This document shows, in pieces, positions 38,242 through 47,036 of a stretch of 64,000 nucleotides of DNA; the stretch's first letter is position 1, and each line of letters starts with the position of its first letter. The stretch comes from a virus (Duplodnaviria; Caudoviricetes). The stretch spans positions 1 to 64,000 of IMG/VR virus record IMGVR_UViG_642791618_000001. One strand, 5' to 3'. The notes below the pieces were generated by a model that saw only the letters and a list, made by a program, of their open reading frames with translations, was not told the origin of the DNA and did no database searches. The position numbers were made by a program, and so were the translations under genes.

Positions 38242-39151
38242 ACGGAACCCGTGGATCGAAGGAGCTCTGTCGCTCCGTCAACTCTCGTATGGATGCCACG
38301 TTCTGGCAGCCTTTCAGCTCATGCCGGAACTCGAGGAATTGCTGAGCGCTACCGAACTAGCCGGTCTTACGGGACTCTGTTTTGGTTTGTCTCACGTCGA
38401 CAGAGATCGCGCGCGTCAACTCGTTCCTAGTGTTTCTCCTCTTCCGGCATTGTCCAGCGCCTTGGGTGCCTTGGGAATTGCCTCGTCGCTGAAACACTGG
38501 GGCGAACAGGAGGGCGATGCCGCGTACCGCGATCTGGCCGTGCAGACCGAACGCCGTCCCACGTTGGTCGGTCCGTTGGATATGGGACTGCTTTTCCACA
38601 ATCCGTCGGCGCTGGTTTACCGTGGTCTTGATCACATGCTCGTCGCGCTCGAGGTGCACGAACACGAGATACTCGTAACCGACAGTGAAGGATTTCCCGC
38701 CGTCGTCATTCCACGGGAAGAATTCTTGACGGCGTGGCGGGCTATCTCCGTTCCTGAATCGCATCGCTCTTTCAATAGTCTATGCGTCGACAGAGTTTCG
38801 CCGTTTAGGGATGAGGAGCGTGAACGTGCGCACCTCCGGGAGGCGCTGCTTGCGCAGCGCCCTGCTTCCAGTGCGCACGTCGCGGCCATAATACAGCGGA
38901 TCAGCGCCAGCCAATCTGAGGACGAGGGCAGTGGATTGGAACTCAATCTGGCGGCTCTCTTGGAGAGAGCGTCATGCACGTTGCAGATTACCTATTATTT
39001 CTCCGACGGAGATTGGGCTACCATCTCTGAAGCTCTGCTCGAATTGGTCGCGACGCTCGGCGGCATTCTCGGCCCGCCGCTGGCTCCAGGGCGCCGCATG
39101 GCCGCCCTCAAGGGTGTGGCGCGCTATTTCGACCGCCTTTGCGCAGTATAA
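38216..39151 (+). CDS. Papain-fold protein, BtrH N-terminal-like (putative ACP-dependent acyltransferase); start uncertain
   Basis: Candidate triad Cys (YGCH), His (GLDHML), Asp (VTDSEG); GPLDMGLL motif. Confidence 0.55.
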   Translation: MNGAPESNERNPWIEGALSLRQLSYGCHVLAAFQLMPELEELLSATELAGLTGLCFGLSHVDRDRARQLVPSVSPLPALSSALGALGIASSLKHWGEQEGDAAYRDLAVQTERRPTLVGPLDMGLLFHNPSALVYRGLDHMLVALEVHEHEILVTDSEGFPAVVIPREEFLTAWRAISVPESHRSFNSLCVDRVSPFRDEERERAHLREALLAQRPASSAHVAAIIQRISASQSEDEGSGLELNLAALLERASCTLQITYYFSDGDWATISEALLELVATLGGILGPPLAPGRRMAALKGVARYFDRLCAV

Positions 39152-39154
39152 CCC

Positions 39155-40090
39155 ATGCAGATTATTGCGATCACCTACGCCTTGGGTTCAGAGCAAATTC
39201 CCGTTGAAAAGCTCGGACTTCAGGCCGCACTTCCTCCGGCGGCGATTGCTCAAATGCTGGACAATGGTTTGCAGACGGTTCCCGTTTGGCCTGGTGAAAA
39301 GCGCCCCCTGGCTTTGCAAAGCTTTATCGCCAGCTTTGGACGCGAACAATGCGAAGCGCTTCATTCCCTCAAGGCGGTGATCGTGGCCAAAACTCACTTG
39401 GGAGCGCACACGTTGCGAGCCGAGGATGCTCGCGATTGGTTTTCCAGCCGGGAGGGCCATCCGGCGCTCGCAATGGAGGTTACGGGCCAGCCCTGCGCCA
39501 TCCTGCACAGTGGCGTCGAACTCGCACGAAGGCTTCTTGCGCGATCGAATGGAGAAGAACCCAGCTGCGTCTTGCTGGTCGGTTGCGACGTTGCGGAAAA
39601 CGCTGCAGAGCGGTGCTATTTTGGAAGCGCCATGGGGGATGCCTGTGTAGCGATGCTATTGAGCATGCGGGCGGGAGGACCAGCCATACTGGGATCCCAC
39701 GTCGAAACGAACATTGTAGCGCCCCTCGGAGAGCAAAGCGATCCGAACGAGATTGCTCGATTCCGCCAGCATAATGTATTTTGGATTCGCGAGGCCATTT
39801 TCAGAGGGTTGGCGAAAGCGGATCGCTCGCTTGATACCCACTGCATCATACTTCCTCACACTCCAAACAGGCACATCGTCGAAGCCATCCGCCAGTCACT
39901 GGCTCTGCCGCACGACCGCATCATTTCGGAGTTCATGGCAACGACTGGTCATTGCTGCTCGAACGACTCATTCATCACCTTTGCCCGCCTCGTGGCCCAA
40001 GGTAGACTCCAGAAATACTCCACAGCAGTGCTTGTGAATGGCGGATTTGGTGGTACTCGTGGCGTGACGGTGATCGAGCCCTCATCATGA
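39155..40090 (+). CDS. KAS III/FabH-like condensing or acyl-transfer enzyme
   Basis: GQPCAILH (Cys), LPHTPN (His), TGHCCSND (His in place of the FabH Asn), NGGFG. Confidence 0.82.
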   Translation: MQIIAITYALGSEQIPVEKLGLQAALPPAAIAQMLDNGLQTVPVWPGEKRPLALQSFIASFGREQCEALHSLKAVIVAKTHLGAHTLRAEDARDWFSSREGHPALAMEVTGQPCAILHSGVELARRLLARSNGEEPSCVLLVGCDVAENAAERCYFGSAMGDACVAMLLSMRAGGPAILGSHVETNIVAPLGEQSDPNEIARFRQHNVFWIREAIFRGLAKADRSLDTHCIILPHTPNRHIVEAIRQSLALPHDRIISEFMATTGHCCSNDSFITFARLVAQGRLQKYSTAVLVNGGFGGTRGVTVIEPSS

Positions 40091-41028
40091 AGCTTCCGCT
40101 CAACATCCACCTCTACATCACCCCGTATTGCCCGGTGCCATGCCGGCACTGCTATTATGAGGCGTTGCGGCCCGGGGCACCTTACAGTGGACAGCTTTCG
40201 GCAGAGCAAATGGCCAGCGTGATTGTGGCGCTGGATACGGAATACGACATGGACGTTCATTTGGAGGGAGGGGAAGCATTCCTGAGCGACGACCTGGCCG
40301 AGCTTCTGGCACGCGTGCCGACGGACACATGGCAAAAGATCACCATCACAACCAGCGGCGCCCTAAAGCCGAAATTCGACGTCAAACTCCTGCGCTCGGT
40401 CGGAGATTTGCGCGTGTCGGTGGAAGGAATGAACGCCGAGCAGCATTTCACCTTACGAGGAATGCAGATCGATCGCACCGAGAGCTTCATGCTCGATCTC
40501 CAGCGCGATGGCGTTCGCTTTTCCATCCGCTCGACCCTGTTCACGGAGAACGTGCAGCATTGGATGGGGCTTGCTCAATACGCCCGTCAATTGGGAGCTG
40601 CCCAATTGTCCTGGTATGAACTCCAACCGGTGGGCCGCGCGAACCAAACGGCCGAGCATGGCTTCCTGACCCCGCAACAGATCGATAGTTTTTTGGCCTC
40701 GCTCAGTGCGCAGAGAAGTTCGGACCTTCCGCTCCTGTGTCGCTTTCAGTTTCCTGAGCGGCGCGTGGAAGCCGTCGGCCAACGAACACGCTCATTGAGC
40801 GCCTCGGGTTGGCACGTGCGAAGCCTGCCCGATATCCCTAGCCTCACGATCAACCCCAATGGAGATATCGGCGTCAGTCCCTGGAAGATTACTGCTCAAC
40901 ATGTAGGCGACCGGTTCGGAAACGTGAGGGACTCGGGATGGTTGGAAAAGGTCCGAAAAGCTTACGGGGAAGGCAATCTACATGACGCCTCGCCGAGCAC
41001 CTCTAGGCTTCGCATCAGTTCCGATTAA
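40087..41028 (+). CDS. Radical SAM enzyme (canonical CX3CX2C)
   Basis: ITPYCPVPCRHCYY, GGEAFL, ITTSG. Confidence 0.85.
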   Translation: MKLPLNIHLYITPYCPVPCRHCYYEALRPGAPYSGQLSAEQMASVIVALDTEYDMDVHLEGGEAFLSDDLAELLARVPTDTWQKITITTSGALKPKFDVKLLRSVGDLRVSVEGMNAEQHFTLRGMQIDRTESFMLDLQRDGVRFSIRSTLFTENVQHWMGLAQYARQLGAAQLSWYELQPVGRANQTAEHGFLTPQQIDSFLASLSAQRSSDLPLLCRFQFPERRVEAVGQRTRSLSASGWHVRSLPDIPSLTINPNGDIGVSPWKITAQHVGDRFGNVRDSGWLEKVRKAYGEGNLHDASPSTSRLRISSD

Positions 41029-41050
41029 GACCTGCGCAAACCAAGATGGC

Positions 41051-41539
41051 GTGAGCGGAAACAGTAAAATAGACATCCCGTTATTGAATCGGGTCACGTC
41101 CCCGGGTTCCGTCCGACTCGCCGACAGAGAGGAGGCAGACGTGTGTGTCGAATTCTTTGCTCGTCACCTCACTGAGGACAATGTTTTCTCTCGGGAATTC
41201 CTGTGTCCGATGGGAGTGAGAGCGGCAGTGACCCGCGGGCAAGTCATCGTTTGCAAGGTCGGTTTGGAAGTAATTGCGGCAGTCCGGTTTTACTGTCGCA
41301 AACGAACTGCCTGCGTTTCAATTTACCAATTTGCGGTGAACCCCACCTGGCGCGGCCATCGGCTTTCGCTAGAGATGATAAAGGCGGTGCCTCGGGGTTT
41401 GCGCATTTCATGTTGCTCGCCATCGTCCTCCTTAAATGAGTATTACGTCAAAACGGGGTGGACGTTGCGCCGCCGAAGCTGTCAGAAGAACGAGTGGACA
41501 TTGCCATGCAGCAGCGCAGAGCAATCACCACCCCTTTGA
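41051..41539 (+). CDS. GNAT-fold acetyltransferase
   Basis: IYQFAVNPTWRGHRLS; LNEYYVKTGW. Confidence 0.7.
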   Translation: MSGNSKIDIPLLNRVTSPGSVRLADREEADVCVEFFARHLTEDNVFSREFLCPMGVRAAVTRGQVIVCKVGLEVIAAVRFYCRKRTACVSIYQFAVNPTWRGHRLSLEMIKAVPRGLRISCCSPSSSLNEYYVKTGWTLRRRSCQKNEWTLPCSSAEQSPPL

Positions 41540-41656
41540 GTGGTTTCCAAAGCGCCGGGCTCCGCATGCGGGCGGACGAATCCGCGCGACCCTCTTTGGC
41601 GCGCAAACCTCGGAGTGACCCGCCGCGCCGAGATCGCGAGTTTCAGCTCGTTACCG

Positions 41657-42289
41657 CTAAAACAAGTGAATGCCGTGCTGGGTGCGTCCGTTGGTAAATT
41701 GCCGTGAATTATCTTTCCGCACCACCGGGCAGTAGACTTTGGTTAAAAACTTTGACTCATCTAATGCAGGCACCATTGAGCCAGCCCCTCCCCCTGCAAT
41801 CAAAGAGCCATATATTTCGAGCCAGTCTCCGCCTGAGTAGGCGAACTCAGTGCTCGGAAGCTGGTCGTGGAGCAACGTCTCTACAGAAGGCCGGATGTTC
41901 GCATACGGACCCTCCACTACAAGCTCCGCATATTGTCCTCCCTGCGTATATGTTAGTGCAAGCGCAGACTCGCGCCCCGCACCATCCTTGTCGAGAATCT
42001 CTCGCAGAGCAGAGAACGGGGATGCATTGTTCTGCAAGAACAGACACAACGAAAACGCGGTCAAGGCTGAGTGATCTCCCCTCCACTCGCCGCGCCATCT
42101 TGCGCCGTGTGTGATAAGTTGCCCCGGTGCCAATTCACAACCGAGGAGCGAAGTTCTTACGCCAGTCCTTTGCTCCCAATTCACAAAGGACGCATGAAGA
42201 TCTCTCATTTCAGAATCCGGCGACCGCCCGCTCGTAAAGTGGGTTGGGATTGACGCAATACGCAACGAGGGCAATTCTAGAATTTGCAT
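41657..42289 (-). CDS. GyrI-like small-molecule-binding domain protein
   Basis: GGQYAELVVEGPYANIRPSVETLL..LP, WLEIY, FLTKVYCPV. Confidence 0.7.
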   Translation of the reverse strand: MQILELPSLRIASIPTHFTSGRSPDSEMRDLHASFVNWEQRTGVRTSLLGCELAPGQLITHGARWRGEWRGDHSALTAFSLCLFLQNNASPFSALREILDKDGAGRESALALTYTQGGQYAELVVEGPYANIRPSVETLLHDQLPSTEFAYSGGDWLEIYGSLIAGGGAGSMVPALDESKFLTKVYCPVVRKDNSRQFTNGRTQHGIHLF

Positions 42290-42724
42290 GGTCTATTCGA
42301 CAACTTTTAATAAATGGAAGAGAAGCGCAGACGATTTGTGCCTCTGGAGTCAATTGACCGTCAACCAAAATTCTTAAAGGTGGACAGACGGGTTTAGGCG
42401 GTTGGAACGGAGCATGATGCTCTTGGCTTTCTGCGTAGAGGCACGTTCAAGGCTTTGGCGCCTGCGTCTTGGAAAGGGCCGAGATTGCGCGTTTAACAGG
42501 CGAATTCGGCCTGCGATTTCGGTGAGATGGGCGCTTGTCTCGGACGCACGAAGCACGAACGGCCTTCTGTTTCCAACACGCCGAACGCCCACCGGCTCGT
42601 GGCCGCAGGCGCTTGCGTTCAGCCCGGGCGTCTCAACTCTCGTCCAGGTTGCCAAACAGCCGGGCTGGGATGGCTTCAACGCCTTCTGGTCATGCCGGAA
42701 GAAATCCGCCTTTCGCTTCCCGTA

Positions 42725-43348
42725 CTACCCCAGAAACCGATGCTTGCACCACCCCCGGCACTCCTCCATCGCGCTCCGTAGCTGCACCGGGTAGCTCGAA
42801 CCTGCCTTCTTCATCACCACGCCTTCGAAGAAATCGCAGCCAAGCGCGCGGTTCGCCTCGCGAAGCCTCGCGTAAAACGTCAGTGCACCGGCTTGATCTT
42901 CAACGCGCAGATTCGGCGTTAGGCACACAGCATTGATCGGAACTGAGCGCGTCGTATCTCCCGAGAACACCGGATCGCGAGGCAGCAAAGATTCCAGCAT
43001 CGCCCGCCGCTGCTCGTAGCTCGGCGTTTTGGCTTCTTGAACCACATCCAGCACGACGAGCGTGCCACGACCGAGATTGTGGCGGCGTTCCAACGCTTCA
43101 CAATCAGCCCAAACGAGGCCGCGGCTGGCCAACTTCGCCAGGGAAGCCAGCGCGGGCCAGAAGCAATCTGCGATTGTGAGCAATGCACCGTGCCGATTCC
43201 ACATCGTCCCGGTCGGCGTGTGGATGAGTGCGCGCCACCCGTTCAATTTTGGCTCAGCATACCACAGCCCGCGTTTCGGCGGAGCCAACTCGAGTCGCCC
43301 GCCCTGAATCGGCCGTGCGGGATACGTGATCAGCGGAGGCACGTTCAT
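42725..43348 (-). CDS. ATP-dependent ligase-family nucleotidyltransferase domain, no OB domain
   Basis: Motif I EPKLNGWR, III DCEAL, IIIa VVLDV, IV EGVVMK, V GWCK at the C-terminus. Confidence 0.78.
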   Translation of the reverse strand: MNVPPLITYPARPIQGGRLELAPPKRGLWYAEPKLNGWRALIHTPTGTMWNRHGALLTIADCFWPALASLAKLASRGLVWADCEALERRHNLGRGTLVVLDVVQEAKTPSYEQRRAMLESLLPRDPVFSGDTTRSVPINAVCLTPNLRVEDQAGALTFYARLREANRALGCDFFEGVVMKKAGSSYPVQLRSAMEECRGWCKHRFLG

Positions 43349-43566
43349 GGCCTTGGAACCTCCGTCTCGGAAGGGTCGGATTGCGCATTTATCACACGAA
43401 TTTGGCCTTCGATTTCCGCGCCAAGTATGGAGGGATTGGCGTTCGTCTCGGAATCACGAGCGGCCTTCTGATGGATGGCTTTCGCGGCAGCTTCGAGATC
43501 ATCGAGCGTGGTGACGCAGCGTTCGCCGTCGAAGATCGTCAGGACAATTGGTTTGCTAGTCTTCAT
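43345..43566 (-). CDS. Small hypothetical protein
   Basis: Overlaps both neighbours. Confidence 0.55.
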   Translation of the reverse strand: MKTSKPIVLTIFDGERCVTTLDDLEAAAKAIHQKAARDSETNANPSILGAEIEGQIRVINAQSDPSETEVPRP

Positions 43567-44299
43567 CTGGGAGCATCACGGTTATCGCAGGCTGCGGATC
43601 GTCGAGATCGCTGGGACCACACACTGCCTTCAGGTTCACGAGTGGCGGCGTACGGTCGCGATTGTCGTTGCGGACATGCAGGCCGAAGAGCATCTGCGGG
43701 CCGCTGGTTCGTCGGGCGGCGCAACGCAACATCCACATCACATCCCACAGCCGGCCTTTCTCATCCTGGCAGCGTACGCCCTCGGGCACTCGCACGTAGT
43801 TCTCCCACACCGCCCGGGTGAGATAGACCGGGAATTTCAGCCCGGCCTCGCGGGCCATTTCGCTCACGTCGATCTGGACGCCATCGGAGAGCGCGTCCTT
43901 CCGGGTGTAGCTGTAAATCACGTCACCGAACAAGCGGTCATCGGGGACAAACTTGTGCCGGCCGGCGTGCCCGGCGCCAAGCTGGCAGCGACGGCCGCCA
44001 AACTTACTTTCGTAAGCGTCGCACTGCATATTCGAGCCGCAGTCGTCGCATTTCAGGTGATCGGGCGGTTGACCGGAACGGCCGCAGGCTGGGCACGTTG
44101 AGCCACTCTCTTTCTCCTGCCACAGCACGATTTCCAACGGGCCATGAACGCGCTCCATCGCCTGCCGCAGTTCCGCCGCCGACTCTTCATCGGCGGCGGT
44201 GAACACTCCCGCGAGGTTCGGGTTGCTCGTCACGGTTTTCGTCGGCGAACTGACCCAGTGGCCGTCAGCGAGCCGCAGCGTGAACTTGATCTCATTCAT
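43556..44299 (-). CDS. Zn-ribbon plus DUF6573-like protein
   Basis: CPAC and CDDC; VIYSYTR.DAL.DGVQIDV..AREAG.K.PV.LT.AVW..YV..P..QDE.GRLWDV. Confidence 0.7.
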   Translation of the reverse strand: MNEIKFTLRLADGHWVSSPTKTVTSNPNLAGVFTAADEESAAELRQAMERVHGPLEIVLWQEKESGSTCPACGRSGQPPDHLKCDDCGSNMQCDAYESKFGGRRCQLGAGHAGRHKFVPDDRLFGDVIYSYTRKDALSDGVQIDVSEMAREAGLKFPVYLTRAVWENYVRVPEGVRCQDEKGRLWDVMWMLRCAARRTSGPQMLFGLHVRNDNRDRTPPLVNLKAVCGPSDLDDPQPAITVMLPDED

Positions 44300-45020
44300 C
44301 TTCGTTTCCTCCGCGTCCGAGTTTCGTCTTCACGCTCGCGCTGATCGGCACGACCTTGTCGAGTTCGTGGTTCTCAGCGACCGAGAACAGCGTGTGTCGC
44401 GCGGTGTGAAACTCCTTCGTCGGCTTGATGGTCGCCTTCGCCGAGAGCGCCGTGCTGGCCCCGTGCCGGGCAAACAACTCCTGCAGTTCCGCGAGCAGCG
44501 GCTCGACCGCAGCATCCGGAATGAGATCACCTTTGATCTTCAACTCGAAGGACTGCTTGAAATACCGGGCCGCGTGCCCACCGGCGATTCGCGTGATGGC
44601 GGGTTCGTCGCTCGTGCCACGGTAGGAGTTGGAGAACCCCACGCGCACGACCTTGCCGTCTTCCGACCGCGCCTCGACCGACGAGGCCACGGCGTGCTGG
44701 CCGTGGTAGTGCTGGAAGTAGAACGGCTTCGCGATAGCGATCAGCTCGGCTTTCTCCAGTTCGAGTGCGCCTTCGAGCGCTTCGACCTGGGCGCTCTTGT
44801 CGAGGATGCTGGTGACCAACTCGCCGACTTGGCCGTCGGGGTCGGGCAACAGCGGGTAGGCTTTCGCCGATTTGCTGGCCGGCGTCTGCGTGGCGAACCC
44901 TGCGAGGCTGACCTTCTTTAAGGCCGGAGCGGGTGCGGGTGTGGGTGCTTTCGGTTCTGCGGGTCCGGAGCCGGACTGGCGTTCGGGCGCCGCACTGGTG
45001 GTTGCTTTCGTTTTCTTCAT
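44292..45020 (-). CDS. Hypothetical phage protein
   Basis: 242-aa ORF with an A/C-rich leader, coupled to the next gene. Confidence 0.7.
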   Translation of the reverse strand: MKKTKATTSAAPERQSGSGPAEPKAPTPAPAPALKKVSLAGFATQTPASKSAKAYPLLPDPDGQVGELVTSILDKSAQVEALEGALELEKAELIAIAKPFYFQHYHGQHAVASSVEARSEDGKVVRVGFSNSYRGTSDEPAITRIAGGHAARYFKQSFELKIKGDLIPDAAVEPLLAELQELFARHGASTALSAKATIKPTKEFHTARHTLFSVAENHELDKVVPISASVKTKLGRGGNEDE

Positions 45021-45059
45021 TGGTTTTTCGGTTTGGTTGTTTCTGGTTCTCGCCGTCGA

Positions 45060-45992
45060 CTACGCGGACTGCGTAGCTTCACGGCAAAAAGTGGTGCGGT
45101 GATCGGCGTGGGCGGACTTCACCTTGGCAACTTCGGCGATCAGGGCCGTGCCGGTGACCTTCCACCGCTGCGGGTCGTCCGCCGTGGAGCCCGCGAAGAT
45201 CGCGTTCAGGCAGACGTTCAAAATGTCGCCGCCAGACAGCCCCTTCGATTCCGTGGCGAGGATGTTCAGGTCGGCGAACACGCGCTCGCGGTTCGGCAGG
45301 TGCAGCTCGAAGAGCCGCCGGCGCATCGCCTTGTCCGGCAGCCGGAACTTGATGTGGCGTGAAATGCGCCGGAGCAGCGCCGGATCGTAATTGCCGAACA
45401 GATTCGTCGTCACAATCACCACGCCGTTGAACCGGTCGAGTTCCTGCATCAGCACATTGCGGTTCTGATTGATCGAGGTCGCGCAGCTCTCCCCGATGTT
45501 CACACGGCGGGAGAGCAGCGAATCCGCCTCATCGAAGAACAGGACTGCGCCGAGTTCGCTCGCCCGCTTGAAACACGCGGCGATGTGCTTGGCCGTGTCG
45601 CCGAGGTATTTCGAGATCACCGCGCTGTAGTCCACTTGATAGAGCGGCTGGCTGAGCCACAGCGCTACGCCGAGAGCGGCGCGCGTCTTGCCCGTGCCCG
45701 GCGAGCCGTGGAAGTTCAGGATGCAGCGGCCGTCCTGCGGCTGAAGGCGGCTGATGCTCCACACGGCCTCGAGGTCGGCGCGACGCTGGATGGCGCGCAG
45801 GCCGGCGGCGATGTCTTCGCGCACGTCCGCGTGGAGTACTAGGTCATCGAGCGCGTGGTGCGGCTGCGGGGTGACGAGCACGCCCAGATCGGGCGCTTCG
45901 CCATTGGATGCGCCGTTATTGCGGCGGCGCGGGTTACGATGGTCTGCCGCGGTCGCGGCATCCGGTGGCAGGGTTTCTTCGTGTTCAGGCAT
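45060..45992 (-). CDS. AAA+ ATPase (classical AAA clade)
   Basis: HGSPGTGKT, LFFDEADSLLSRR, TTN...YDPALLRR. Confidence 0.85.
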   Translation of the reverse strand: MPEHEETLPPDAATAADHRNPRRRNNGASNGEAPDLGVLVTPQPHHALDDLVLHADVREDIAAGLRAIQRRADLEAVWSISRLQPQDGRCILNFHGSPGTGKTRAALGVALWLSQPLYQVDYSAVISKYLGDTAKHIAACFKRASELGAVLFFDEADSLLSRRVNIGESCATSINQNRNVLMQELDRFNGVVIVTTNLFGNYDPALLRRISRHIKFRLPDKAMRRRLFELHLPNRERVFADLNILATESKGLSGGDILNVCLNAIFAGSTADDPQRWKVTGTALIAEVAKVKSAHADHRTTFCREATQSA

Positions 45993-45999
45993 AGGTGGT

Positions 46000-46206
46000 T
46001 TAAGGTTGCGTCCTTGTCCTCGTTCGCGCCGCTCGCGGAAGTCCATCGCTGATAGGCTCCAAATTTTTCGCCTTTTGCTTCACGCCCTGGCGCTTGGCGC
46101 GAGAAGTGAGTCGCGGGCGTTTTTCGTAGGTCCGCTCGCAACGGGCGCAGACTCCCGACCCGTCCTCGCTTGGTCGGCCGCAGTATCGGCATCGGGTCTC
46201 TTTCAC
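46000..46206 (-). CDS. Small Zn-finger protein
   Basis: CRYCG...CARC; GTG overlaps the previous stop. Confidence 0.55.
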   Translation of the reverse strand: MKETRCRYCGRPSEDGSGVCARCERTYEKRPRLTSRAKRQGVKQKAKNLEPISDGLPRAARTRTRTQP

Positions 46207-46892
46207 AGCAGCCCGCCTCCTTCCACATCGAGCCACGTCTCCAGATCAGCCATCGCCGCGCGCACGCAGCCGCCGCTTCCGACGGCAATACGCAGGGCCA
46301 CATCGCGCGGCACTTTCCAATGCGCCCGCAGGAAATCCGCGATTTCCTCGGTGCCCGGCGCCGTCAGCTTGATCGACTGGAACCGGGTCTGGAACCGCTC
46401 CGTCAGCAGGTCGAGCTGCAGGTTGCTCGTGCCGATCAGCGCTTTCCCGGGCGGCAGCTTATCGAGATACGTCAGGAGGATGTCCTGCGCGTCCTTTGAG
46501 CAGCGGTCCAGCTCGTTGATGATCTTCACCGACCAGTTCGAGAACAGCGACCCGTAAGGCAGCGTCTCCATCCAACTTCGCACGGCATCGACGGTCACTT
46601 CCTTACCGTTGAAGCTCTCAATCCCGAGCGCCGTGCCGGTCAGTTCGCGCGCCACGAGTTCGGCGACCGTAGTCTTGCCGACGCCGGGCGGGCCGTAGAG
46701 CAGGAGCTTGCAGGCCGCATTCCGCACATCACGCACCCGTCGCGCCTTCGAGGCCTGGGCTGCACACACCGAACGGGCCTGACCGATCAGGTCGTCCGCC
46801 GACTGCGGCCGCCAGTTCATCGGTGAAGGCCTGGGCTCTGGCTTCAGTGGCGCAGGCTTGTGGCCGTTCCTTGAGTTAAGCCGCAACCGCAT
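46203..46892 (-). CDS. Clamp-loader-clade AAA+ domain (RarA/RFC-like), stand-alone
   Basis: WRPQSADDLIGQ, LLYGPPGVGKTT, IINELDRCS.DAQD.LL, RFQTR. Strong AGGAGG SD. Confidence 0.8.
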   Translation of the reverse strand: MRLRLNSRNGHKPAPLKPEPRPSPMNWRPQSADDLIGQARSVCAAQASKARRVRDVRNAACKLLLYGPPGVGKTTVAELVARELTGTALGIESFNGKEVTVDAVRSWMETLPYGSLFSNWSVKIINELDRCSKDAQDILLTYLDKLPPGKALIGTSNLQLDLLTERFQTRFQSIKLTAPGTEEIADFLRAHWKVPRDVALRIAVGSGGCVRAAMADLETWLDVEGGGLL

Positions 46893-47034
46893 AGCCGCCT
46901 CCTTTCAGGCTCACCAATTCGCGCAGCTTCTCGGCCACGGTGGCCGCGCCCCTTTTATAGAGCGCGACCACCACCAGTTCGCCGTCGAGCCAAACGGCCC
47001 AGTGCCGCGTGCCGTAACGAGTGACTGTGACCAC
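46876..47034 (-). CDS. Small conserved-type phage protein
   Basis: VTRYG.R.WAVW.DGELV.V.LYKRGA; GTG start just after the upstream stop. Confidence 0.55.
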   Translation of the reverse strand: MVTVTRYGTRHWAVWLDGELVVVALYKRGAATVAEKLRELVSLKGGGYAVAA

Positions 47035-47036
47035 GG

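Larger units (their letters stand above)
26078..42289. other. Prophage-embedded biosynthetic gene cluster (14 co-oriented genes plus one convergent GyrI-like gene)
   Basis: Tightly overlapping + strand ORFs encoding ACP, adenylation enzyme, KAS III, PLP enzymes, three radical SAM enzymes and tailoring enzymes. Flanked on both sides by phage genes. Confidence 0.88.

Noticed and set aside
42290-42724. Possible ORF or att site at the right edge of the cargo
   Set aside because: No convincing ORF, and no match to the 25767-25806 repeat or any integrase was found.
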